DNA of 64,000 bases, from assembly GCA_964394645.1 (NCBI GenBank), contig CAYMYC010000003.1, positions 18,315-82,314 on the forward strand. Reading direction: 5' to 3'. Made by a program: the position numbers and the translations under genes. Below are positions 50,278-57,987 of this stretch, piece after piece (position 1 is the stretch's first letter; each line of letters starts with the position of its first letter). The notes beneath the pieces are model-generated. The model was not told the origin of the DNA, ran no database searches, and saw only the letters and a list, made by a program, of their open reading frames with translations. The stretch is from an uncultured Gammaproteobacteria bacterium. Lineage in GTDB: Bacteria > Patescibacteriota > Microgenomatia > Levybacterales > GWA1-39-11.

Positions 50278-50430
50278 CGAGTTTCTAAGAAAAACCTTGA
50301 ACTATTTATACCACTTCGAGAATCTATCAACAAATACTGGGATAGAAGCAAATACGATTACGCCGCATTTACCCAAATAGTTCTGGAAGCTAATAACCAA
50401 TTTCAGTATAATGGAATATACCGATATTAA
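50278..50430 (+). other. Start-less 50-codon frame: predicted C-terminal tail of the recombinase in the excised (attP) state
   Basis: CGA GTT TCT AAG ... CGA TAT TAA = RVSKKNLELFIPLRESINKYWDRSKYDYAAFTQIVLEANNQFQYNGIYRY*; in frame with the recombinase when joined at GTCG. Confidence 0.7.
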
Positions 50431-50475
50431 GGGCTATATCGAAAATGCGACACATGGCGCAGTTTTATAAAAACT

Positions 50476-50739
50476 ATGAGTACCATTAACTATTTTACAG
50501 GTAAAACAAAGTCAGATACACCGAGCGCACCCGCTAAAAGCAATCCTATTAAACAAATTGTCGACGTAATGAAGAAGGTAGACGTTAAGTCGCCAGACGC
50601 CGCAAAGAATGAAAAAAGTATAGTCGATAGCAAGGGTAAGCGCATAAACCTAAATGACGAAGAAGTGAGATTCGATTATTTCAAAGGTCAATTTGTGAAG
50701 AAAAACGCTGAAAATAATAAAAACCAGAATAAAAAATAA
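50476..50739 (+). CDS. Small basic hypothetical protein (element cargo)
   Basis: 87-aa Lys-rich ORF with element-type codon usage. Confidence 0.6.
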   Translation: MSTINYFTGKTKSDTPSAPAKSNPIKQIVDVMKKVDVKSPDAAKNEKSIVDSKGKRINLNDEEVRFDYFKGQFVKKNAENNKNQNKK

Positions 50740-50774
50740 CTGGCATATTATTAAGTCAGTCTATCTTGAACTAT

Positions 50775-51386
50775 ATGTATGCTGTTACCGATAACGAATT
50801 TACAGAAAAACATGCAACCGACGCTATTTACACAAAAGTAATCCGTGAGCTTCGAACTAACCCCAACGGCGCACAAAAACAGGATAGCGGTAGAAAAAGG
50901 GAACTAACCCGCGAAATACTACGCACCTATTTGTTCTATCTTTCCATGACTGGTGAGTATGAATTTTCGGCTGAAAATGCAGGTTTACCAGAAAAACGAA
51001 GACAAAAATACATGAAGGAATCCGAAACATTTCGCGGGGTGTCTAGCCTGGCAAAAAATAATGTTTCTTTACGCGCTAGAATGTCCGTAGCGCAGTCGAT
51101 AATGGGTAGGAAGCCTAGTTACTACAAAATGACTAACCCAGCCACTAATCAACCTGTATATATCGAATTAAAAGAAATCCTACCGAACGTAAACGCCGCT
51201 ATGTGGTGGCTGGAAAAAGTCGACAAAATCGGTACGGGTGAAGAAGACGAAGACCCATACAAAAACCCAGGATTAGGCGCACCCAGAAACGCAGAAGAAG
51301 CGGCTTTACTAGAAGGCCTACTAAATAAACATTACGATTATGTTAAGGAAAAAGAATTAAAAGCTAAACAGGCACAGCAAATCTAA
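50775..51386 (+). CDS. Phage terminase small subunit-like protein
   Basis: HTH-like 'SAENAGLPEKRRQKYMKESETF', helical 'LRARMSVAQSI', 'NVNAAMWWLEK'. Confidence 0.5.
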   Translation: MYAVTDNEFTEKHATDAIYTKVIRELRTNPNGAQKQDSGRKRELTREILRTYLFYLSMTGEYEFSAENAGLPEKRRQKYMKESETFRGVSSLAKNNVSLRARMSVAQSIMGRKPSYYKMTNPATNQPVYIELKEILPNVNAAMWWLEKVDKIGTGEEDEDPYKNPGLGAPRNAEEAALLEGLLNKHYDYVKEKELKAKQAQQI

Positions 51387-51399
51387 TTTGCACCGTACC

Positions 51400-51828
51400 A
51401 TGAATATCGACAATTCCGACACTATAAAAAGGCATAAAGGCGATACCAAACGCCCGCTACTTAAAAAACGGTTCTTAGAGCTATTACTAGAAGAAAAGGT
51501 GTTAGGTAATGTTTCAGTAGCCGCCAAAATTCTAGGAATAAATCGCGATACCGTTTACAACTGGCGAAAAAAAGACGTAAAGTTTTCGAAAGCGTGGGAA
51601 GCGCAGATAGAACTAGCGAATGGTGTTTTAGCCGACGAAGCGGAAAACGCCTTACTTAATGGAATTAGGGCTGGTAATCCTTCACTTATTATCTTTACAC
51701 TTAAAAACAGGCGACCTGAAAAATGGAACGACCGCTATGCGAATAGACTTAAAGAAAGTCGAACCGTAGAGCATGAAGTATCGCCAGAATTTAGACAGTT
51801 TTTACAAGGTTTGCGGACTACAAAATAA
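51400..51828 (+). CDS. Phage terminase small subunit-like HTH protein
   Basis: 'GNVSVAAKILGINRDTVYNWRKKDVKF..AW', 'AENAL...GNPSLIIFTLKNRRPEKW'. Confidence 0.7.
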   Translation: MNIDNSDTIKRHKGDTKRPLLKKRFLELLLEEKVLGNVSVAAKILGINRDTVYNWRKKDVKFSKAWEAQIELANGVLADEAENALLNGIRAGNPSLIIFTLKNRRPEKWNDRYANRLKESRTVEHEVSPEFRQFLQGLRTTK

Positions 51829-51890
51829 TATTCATTTAAGGTGCGACACCTAGCGCACTTTCTGATAAAATACAGAGTAATCATATAACT

Positions 51891-52166
51891 ATGACAAACG
51901 ATTCTGACATAATAAAAAGGCTCGAAAAAATCGAACAACGTAACAAAAAGGTCGAGTTAGATAAAGCGTGGGAAGGAAGTTACGTAAGGCGCGTTTTAAT
52001 TGTAATTTTTACTTACCTTTCTATCGGAATCTACATGTGGGCCATCGGCGTAGAGAATCCATTGCTTAATGCTGTTATTCCTTCACTTGGATTTACTTTA
52101 TCTACTCTAACGCTACCTTACTTTAAAAATTTATGGATTAAATGGAGGCAAAATTATGAAAGATAA
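51891..52166 (+). CDS. Small two-TM membrane protein
   Basis: '[16 protein letters not shown]' followed by two TMs. Confidence 0.7.
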   Translation: MTNDSDIIKRLEKIEQRNKKVELDKAWEGSYVRRVLIVIFTYLSIGIYMWAIGVENPLLNAVIPSLGFTLSTLTLPYFKNLWIKWRQNYER

Positions 52167-52539
52167 AAAACTAACAGTTCAAATAAATAAACCTGCTAGC
52201 GAAGTTTTTGCATTCGTTATTAACCCCGAAAATACACCCAAATGGATAGATTCAATTACAGTCGAGCAAACTAACGAATGGCCCGTTAAAGTAGGAACAA
52301 TTTATAAAAACAAAGGTGCAAGTGATGTTTGGACGGAATATACCTTAACAGAGTTCAGGCCGAACGAAATGTTCGTTATGCGTAAGAACGACAAAAACTA
52401 CCATGTTAAATATACATTAACACCGACAGGCAAGGATTCTTCTGAACTGGAATATCACGAATGGGTGGAACACGGCGAACTAGAAGACCCTTTTACCCCA
52501 GAGATATTACAAAAATTAAAAAAAGTTTTAGAAAAATAG
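52156..52539 (+). CDS. SRPBCC/START-like (polyketide cyclase) protein
   Basis: '[23 protein letters not shown]'. Confidence 0.85.
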   Translation: MKDKKLTVQINKPASEVFAFVINPENTPKWIDSITVEQTNEWPVKVGTIYKNKGASDVWTEYTLTEFRPNEMFVMRKNDKNYHVKYTLTPTGKDSSELEYHEWVEHGELEDPFTPEILQKLKKVLEK

Positions 52540-52540
52540 C

Positions 52541-52876
52541 ATGGAAGGAAAAGTAGTAAAAATCGTAGTATTCGTTCCAAAATCCCACACTGACATTGTT
52601 CGTCAAGCTATGGGCGACGCTGGCGCGGGTAAAATCGGCAATTATAGTCATTGTTCGTATTCGGTCGACGGCATAGGAAGATACAAGCCGTTAGAAGGCG
52701 CTAATCCAACCATAGGTGAAGTCGGAAAATTTGAAGAAGTCGAAGAAGAACGGGTCGAATGTGTTTGCGAAAGAAAAGTAGCAAAAGAAGTTATAAAAGC
52801 TATAAGAAAAGTTCACCCCTATGAAGAAGTAGCTTTTGACATTTACCCATTAATTTCAGAAAAAGATTTAGACTAA
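52541..52876 (+). CDS. YqfO/NIF3 insert-domain (PII/CutA-like) protein
   Basis: 'KIVVFVP..H...VR.AM.DAGAGKIGNYSHCS', 'HPYEEVAFDIYPL'. Confidence 0.9.
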   Translation: MEGKVVKIVVFVPKSHTDIVRQAMGDAGAGKIGNYSHCSYSVDGIGRYKPLEGANPTIGEVGKFEEVEEERVECVCERKVAKEVIKAIRKVHPYEEVAFDIYPLISEKDLD

Positions 52877-53623
52877 TTCTCTATCACTTTTCCCTAAATT
52901 ACACTCGAAACAAAGCGTTTGTAAGTTTGATAATTCACTTTTTCCACCCTTAGAGAAAGGAACTATGTGGTCTATGTGTAGTTTAGTTCCTAAATCAGTA
53001 GCGGGACTTTTTCCGCAGAAAACACATCGAAAATTATCCCTACTTAGCACTTTAAGTCGCAAACTAAGATTTATTGTTCTTGTTTTAGATAGTTCGGGTT
53101 CGATAATTTCTTTTGTGGAAAGTGATTTAATGCGAGGAAATTGAATACTTTCTTTGCTTTTATCAGATACTTCGTCGTCAACAGTTATTGTACCGCCTGA
53201 TTTATATTCGATAAATTTTAAGCATGCGTTCGTCCAGCCTTCAAAATGGCGATACAGTGTATCGTAACTAATTTTAGGTTTCATGCGTACCCATTCATTT
53301 CGTGAAGGTCTATGACCTAATGCTACCCAAATTCGTTCCATTTCGTCGAACATTTCTTTTACCGAATAGGAACTTCTTCTAGTCGTTAGCTTAAATTCTA
53401 TATTTTGCTTTTTAAAATGTTCTTCTAAATACTTCAAAGCATTTTCCCATGAACCGAATTCTCTATTTACGGTAAAGTAACTAATACTCGCAAACTTATT
53501 AAAATCGCTTTGACTAAAATCCGAGTAATTAAAATGTTTAGCAACTTTTTCAAGTTCTTCAATAATCCGCTCACGCGGAATCTTACTTATTTGCCGCCTA
53601 TTAAAATCAAATTTAAAATCCAT
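52868..53623 (-). CDS. HNH endonuclease with two N-terminal homing-endonuclease-associated repeats
   Basis: 'RDNFRCVFCG...LHIDHIVPFSKGG..ELSNLQTLCFECNLGK'; repeats ending 'REFGSWENAL' and 'RHFEGWTNAC'. Confidence 0.92.
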   Translation of the reverse strand: MDFKFDFNRRQISKIPRERIIEELEKVAKHFNYSDFSQSDFNKFASISYFTVNREFGSWENALKYLEEHFKKQNIEFKLTTRRSSYSVKEMFDEMERIWVALGHRPSRNEWVRMKPKISYDTLYRHFEGWTNACLKFIEYKSGGTITVDDEVSDKSKESIQFPRIKSLSTKEIIEPELSKTRTINLSLRLKVLSRDNFRCVFCGKSPATDLGTKLHIDHIVPFSKGGKSELSNLQTLCFECNLGKSDRELV

Positions 53624-53629
53624 ACTTGC

Positions 53630-53812
53630 TTATATTTCTTTTGAATCTATAAATTTCTGTAATTCTTCCAGCTTATACCTTCTATCCTTCCGTTTTCCGA
53701 TACGTACGGCTTGCAAGCGTCCCTGATTATCCCAACGGCGTAGAGTTTCGGGGTTAATTCCCAACATTTCGGCGGCTTCACGAATCTTTAATAGCTTATG
53801 TTTAGTATTCAT
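53630..53812 (-). CDS. MerR/HTH_17 excisionase-like DNA-binding protein
   Basis: 'LLKIREAAEMLGINPETLRRWDNQGRLQAVR...RRY'; divergent from the recombinase. Confidence 0.88.
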   Translation of the reverse strand: MNTKHKLLKIREAAEMLGINPETLRRWDNQGRLQAVRIGKRKDRRYKLEELQKFIDSKEI

Positions 53813-53845
53813 AACTTCTACTTAATTATACTATAATACGATAGT

Positions 53846-55450
53846 ATGTACGATAATGATAATCTGGTCGATATTAAGAAGCTACGCTTCGTTTTATATG
53901 CCCGTAAGTCCACAGACGACGCTAAGCGGCAAATTCGCTCTATTCCAGACCAGATAGACGAATGCCGCGACCTTGCGGCAAGGCTAGGTATAAAAATCGT
54001 CGATACCTTCCGAGAAGAAAAATCCGCCAAACGGCCAGGTATCAGACCAGTTTTCAGCCAGTTAATTGAAGACATAAAAAGTGGTAAATATGACGCTATA
54101 CTTGCCTGGAATCCTGATAGATTAGCCCGAAACATGCTGGAAGCGGGCATGTTAATAGATTTGGCCGATAACGGCATTATTAAAGATTTTAAGTTTGTAA
54201 CCCATATCTATTCGCCAGACGCTAATGGAAAAATGCTTCTAGGTATGGCTTTCGTGCTATCAAAACAATATAGCGATAAGCTCTCACAGGACGTTACGCG
54301 CGGTGTTAGGAAGAACTTAGAACAAGGCAAAACGCCAACTTATAAACACGGTTATATTCGTGATAAGCGGGGCATATATCAGCCAGACGAAGAAAACGAC
54401 AGATTTGCCTTAATACAAAGTGCCTGGTACATGCGAGCCGACGGGAAGTCGCTAAAAGAAATCAACGCCTATTTGAACCTTAAAGGGTATTTCCGACTTA
54501 TCAAAGAAACGAATCGGAAACAGTACATGACCCAACAAAAACTTAGCAATATCTTTAAGGATTCGTTTTACTACGGTGCGCTGGTACAAGCGGGACAAAC
54601 GGTTTATTTACCAGACGTGTACGACTTCGAAGCCATGATAGACCGAGATATGTACGACAAAGTACAAAGTCTAAGTGTTGATAGGTTCGTTCCCTATAAA
54701 AGCAAATTACAAACATTTTACCCACTTAAACAAATGGTGAAATGCGCCTACTGCCAGGGAAATATGGTCGTAGCCCCTTCTAAAAGTGAAAGCGAAGGGC
54801 GTTTCTTATATTTTAGGTGTGATAACAAAGTATGTATTCGAAATTCGGCTGAAAATCGAGCAAAAAAGTGGAAAAAAGACCCGACATATATTAAGGCTTC
54901 GGTTCGGTCGATAGTTATATTCGATTTTGTCTATGAGCTATTAAAAGACGGACTTAACTTCACTGAAAAAGAATATTTGGAATATAAAGATAGTTTGAAA
55001 AGTTTGGGCGACGACGAACGGGAAAAGGTTCGTAGTGAAATAGAACACTTAGAAGCCTTAAAGCGTGGTTATACAAAGGAAGTGAAACGCATAGGACTAG
55101 CATTAGGAAAACTCACGGACAATAAGACAGCTTATGACATAAACGTAGAGGAACTGGGAAAGCAAAAAGCTAATCAAAGCCAAACAGAGGCCGCTATTAT
55201 AAAACTTAGAGAAAATCTTACTGACGAAGAAGAAGACGAATTGTCATTAGAAGAATTCTTGAACTTGTCAAAAAATGCCGCTATGACGGTCAAAGCGGGC
55301 GACGCGATAGCCAAAGATATGATTTGTCGGTTATTATTCTTGAACTTCCATGTAGAGAATGAAAAAGTGGCGTCATATCGGCTAAAAGAACCATTTGACA
55401 CCCTGCTTAAAAGCCGTTCTATCCAAAATAGTCGGGGATGGCAGATTTGA
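53846..55450 (+). CDS. Large serine recombinase (integrase)
   Basis: Catalytic YARKS, DRLARN, recombinase domain, zinc ribbon CAYC...C..C, coiled coil; stop codon lies inside the antisense of tRNA-Pro. Confidence 0.95.
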   Translation: MYDNDNLVDIKKLRFVLYARKSTDDAKRQIRSIPDQIDECRDLAARLGIKIVDTFREEKSAKRPGIRPVFSQLIEDIKSGKYDAILAWNPDRLARNMLEAGMLIDLADNGIIKDFKFVTHIYSPDANGKMLLGMAFVLSKQYSDKLSQDVTRGVRKNLEQGKTPTYKHGYIRDKRGIYQPDEENDRFALIQSAWYMRADGKSLKEINAYLNLKGYFRLIKETNRKQYMTQQKLSNIFKDSFYYGALVQAGQTVYLPDVYDFEAMIDRDMYDKVQSLSVDRFVPYKSKLQTFYPLKQMVKCAYCQGNMVVAPSKSESEGRFLYFRCDNKVCIRNSAENRAKKWKKDPTYIKASVRSIVIFDFVYELLKDGLNFTEKEYLEYKDSLKSLGDDEREKVRSEIEHLEALKRGYTKEVKRIGLALGKLTDNKTAYDINVEELGKQKANQSQTEAAIIKLRENLTDEEEDELSLEEFLNLSKNAAMTVKAGDAIAKDMICRLLFLNFHVENEKVASYRLKEPFDTLLKSRSIQNSRGWQI

Positions 55451-55503
55451 ACTGCCGACCTCACGGTCCCGAACCGTGCGCGCTACCACTGCGCCAATCC
55501 CCG
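55432..55503 (-). tRNA. tRNA-Pro(CGG)
   Basis: Reverse complement CGGGGAT...ATCCCCG-A; anticodon arm CACGG-TTCGGGA-CCGTG; T-loop TTCAAAT. Confidence 0.96.
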
Positions 55504-55602
55504 ATAAAGTAGTTTTAGTTGGTTTCTGCTTCTTAATTTCCAAATTATACTCTAATAATGGTAGAATACGAAGAGATTAAGATCATTTTCATGGTTATAT
55601 TT

Positions 55603-55817
55603 GACTCCGTAGCTCAATGGATGAAGGTTTACAAGGCAAACCTTGAGACTTGTGCGACCTCGTAGCTCAATGGATTGAGCAGTCCCGTCCTAAGGGAAAG
55701 ATTGCGAGTTCGACTCTCGCCGAGGTCGCACAAGTCTAGGATCAGCCCGTCCTGCTTTTTTGCTTTGCAAAAAAGTGATTGGGAAAGATTGCGAGTTCGA
55801 CTCTCGCCGGGGTCGCA
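55603..55817 (+). pseudogene. Outer, interrupted tRNA-Arg copy enclosing the intact tRNA-Arg
   Basis: 5' piece 55603-55622 (18/20 identical to inner), middle piece 55740-55753, 3' piece 55781-55817 (36/37 identical). Confidence 0.8.
55656..55728 (+). tRNA. tRNA-Arg(CCT), intact inner copy
   Basis: Acceptor GACCTCG/CGAGGTC, D-arm GCTCAATGGATTGAGC, anticodon loop GTCCTAA, T-arm GCGAG-TTCGACT-CTCGC. Confidence 0.92.
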
Positions 55818-55876
55818 AGGAGTACCTCCATAAAAGATCATTGACTTAATGCTTGGATTTAAATATTATTATTTCC

Positions 55877-56599
55877 ATGGAGGGTAGATTGACAAAGAAA
55901 GAAAGGAAAGAGCAAAAAAGACTTGATTCTGCATATAAAATGGAAGAAAAACCAAAAAAAGCAAAATTTATCATTATTTTCTTGGTATGTGCTTTATTTC
56001 TGGCTTTTGGTGCTTTTGCAATATACACAAGCAAGATGTCTCAAAACAAAAGGGCTAGCGCATCTGTTTCATTTTTACCATCTGGTTGGGTAACGGGAAA
56101 TGCAAAATCGTCTGTTACGGTAACAGAATTTGGGGACTTTCAGTGTCCAGCATGTTTCACCTTTGAGACGACTATGCGTAAAATAAGAAGTGAATATGGT
56201 AATAAGATAAAGATTGTTTACAAACATTTTCCCCTCAAACAAGCACATCCAAATGCAATCCCCTCAGCAATTGCTGCTGAAGCTGCCGGAAAGCAAGGAA
56301 AATTTTGGGAATTCCACGATTTATTATATGACAACCAAAACGTATGGGCAGGTCTTCCCGATCCAACCACAGAGTTTATAAAATACGCAGAAAAATTAAA
56401 GTTAGACACTGATCTTTTTAAGAAAGAACTTGGAAATAGTAAACATGAGGAGGTTATCACAGCTCAGGAGGATGAGGGTATAAAAATTGGAGTGAATGCA
56501 ACGCCTACGGTGTATGTAAACGGTATGTACATGGGGGTTCCAAGCTATGAAGATTTAAAGAAAAAAATAGATGACGCGTTAGGTGCTTCTAAAAAATAG
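55877..56599 (+). CDS. DsbA-family thiol:disulfide oxidoreductase
   Basis: EFGDFQCPAC, YKHFPL, GVNATPT. Confidence 0.93.
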   Translation: MEGRLTKKERKEQKRLDSAYKMEEKPKKAKFIIIFLVCALFLAFGAFAIYTSKMSQNKRASASVSFLPSGWVTGNAKSSVTVTEFGDFQCPACFTFETTMRKIRSEYGNKIKIVYKHFPLKQAHPNAIPSAIAAEAAGKQGKFWEFHDLLYDNQNVWAGLPDPTTEFIKYAEKLKLDTDLFKKELGNSKHEEVITAQEDEGIKIGVNATPTVYVNGMYMGVPSYEDLKKKIDDALGASKK

Positions 56600-56600
56600 A

Positions 56601-57158
56601 ATGGATACATCATTTGCTCCTCTTATTTTGTTTTTAGGATTAGGAACTCTTTTTTTGGATATTGGGGTTATCGTGCTTCTTATTATTTTTTTTATGACGT
56701 ACTTATCTCACAAGAAATCTATATTTTCTCGTGTTTACAGATTTATGTATAATAATTCGTTGTTGCTAGCTTTTTTGATCGCGACATCAGCAACACTTTT
56801 AAGCCTTTTTCTATCAGAGATAGTACTTTTTCCTCCGTGCAAGCTATGTTGGTATCAGCGTATTTTTATGTACCCTCAAGTAATTGTTTTAGGTATCGGT
56901 TTTTTTATAAATGACAAAATGGCAAAGCTTTACGGACTTGTTTTAAGCATTATAGGTTTCACTATTGCGGTATATCATATTCTATTGCAGTTTTTCCCTG
57001 GAATTTTTCCTTGTTCGGATGAGATAGCAAACTGTGCGCTCAAGCAATTTGAATATTTTGGATACATAACTATTCCGGTCATGTCAGCCTCTGCATTTGC
57101 GGCAATAATTGTTGTATTAATGTTCGGGCTTATTACAAACCGCAAGATTTCATCTTGA
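56601..57158 (+). CDS. DsbB/BdbC-family disulfide bond formation protein
   Basis: PCKLCWYQRIFMYP, second Cys pair, TMs. Confidence 0.93.
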   Translation: MDTSFAPLILFLGLGTLFLDIGVIVLLIIFFMTYLSHKKSIFSRVYRFMYNNSLLLAFLIATSATLLSLFLSEIVLFPPCKLCWYQRIFMYPQVIVLGIGFFINDKMAKLYGLVLSIIGFTIAVYHILLQFFPGIFPCSDEIANCALKQFEYFGYITIPVMSASAFAAIIVVLMFGLITNRKISS

Positions 57159-57197
57159 CTACAAAACCACTATAATAATAGCTAGCAGTAAAAAGCT

Positions 57198-57917
57198 ATG
57201 ACCAAAAAGCAAATTATTAAATACCTTGTGTTGCGTACGTTGGGAAACTTTCTTATTTTATTTATGATTTTCGGTTTTATAGCAACTTTTGGTCCCGCTC
57301 TTTTTTATGAAGCAAGATTTAGGATTGAAGAGGCGAGGGGAGTTAGGTATGAACTACCGGATAATGAACCCTCGGAGCTTGCAAAAATAATTCAGAGAAG
57401 AAAAACATCACGAGAGCCAGGTCAAAACTTATTTGGCTCAGTGCTTTCAGGGAAAAAAGTACAAATTTTAACACCTGTTGATACTAGTTTTTCAGTAGTG
57501 ATCCCAAAAATTGGTGCAAATGAAAAGGTTACTCCCAATGTAAATCCTGCAAGCGGGGAAGAATATTTAGAAGTTTTAAAGCATACAGTTGCTCATGCTC
57601 GTGGCACATCTCTTCCTGGGCTAAACGGTACGACTTATCTCTTTGCGCACTCAGCGGATAATTTCTGGGATGTAGGGCGTTATAATGCAGTTTTCTATCT
57701 ATTAAAGGATTTGCATATTGGAGACGATATTTCAGTTTTTTTTAATGATAAGAGGTATAACTACACGGTATATGATAAAAAGATTGTAGATCCTAGTGAG
57801 GTAGGGTATTTGGCTGCAAATATTGGTCAAGGAGAGCGTTTAATATTGCAAACTTGTTGGCCGCCAGGTACAACTTGGAAAAGGTTACTTATATTTGCCA
57901 AACCTAAAAATACTTAA
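57198..57917 (+). CDS. Sortase-family protein
   Basis: IPKIG, FAHS, LQTCWPPG...KRL catalytic H/C/R. Confidence 0.9.
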   Translation: MTKKQIIKYLVLRTLGNFLILFMIFGFIATFGPALFYEARFRIEEARGVRYELPDNEPSELAKIIQRRKTSREPGQNLFGSVLSGKKVQILTPVDTSFSVVIPKIGANEKVTPNVNPASGEEYLEVLKHTVAHARGTSLPGLNGTTYLFAHSADNFWDVGRYNAVFYLLKDLHIGDDISVFFNDKRYNYTVYDKKIVDPSEVGYLAANIGQGERLILQTCWPPGTTWKRLLIFAKPKNT

Positions 57918-57987
57918 CATCAAAAAAGTAATTTCAATAACTGCCTCTCCTTATGACAAATGGTGCGATAACTAGTATAATTATTTT

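Larger units (their letters stand above)
50276..55434. mobile_element. ~5.15 kb integrative element at the 3' end of tRNA-Pro(CGG), serine-recombinase type
   Basis: Recombinase abuts and overlaps the tRNA; divergent excisionase-like HTH; visibly CpG-richer codon usage from ~50280 to 55430; shared GTCG at 50276-50279 and 55431-55434. Confidence 0.85.

Noticed and set aside
50240-50480. Long direct repeat of the tRNA-Pro 3' end as attL
   Set aside because: None found. Only the GTCG core and the offset TTGAACT are shared, which fits a serine rather than a tyrosine integrase.
55395-55841. Short ORFs 55395-55580 and 55629-55841
   Set aside because: Translations of tRNA-Pro and tRNA-Arg sequence; the repeated peptide only reflects the duplicated tRNA 3' half.
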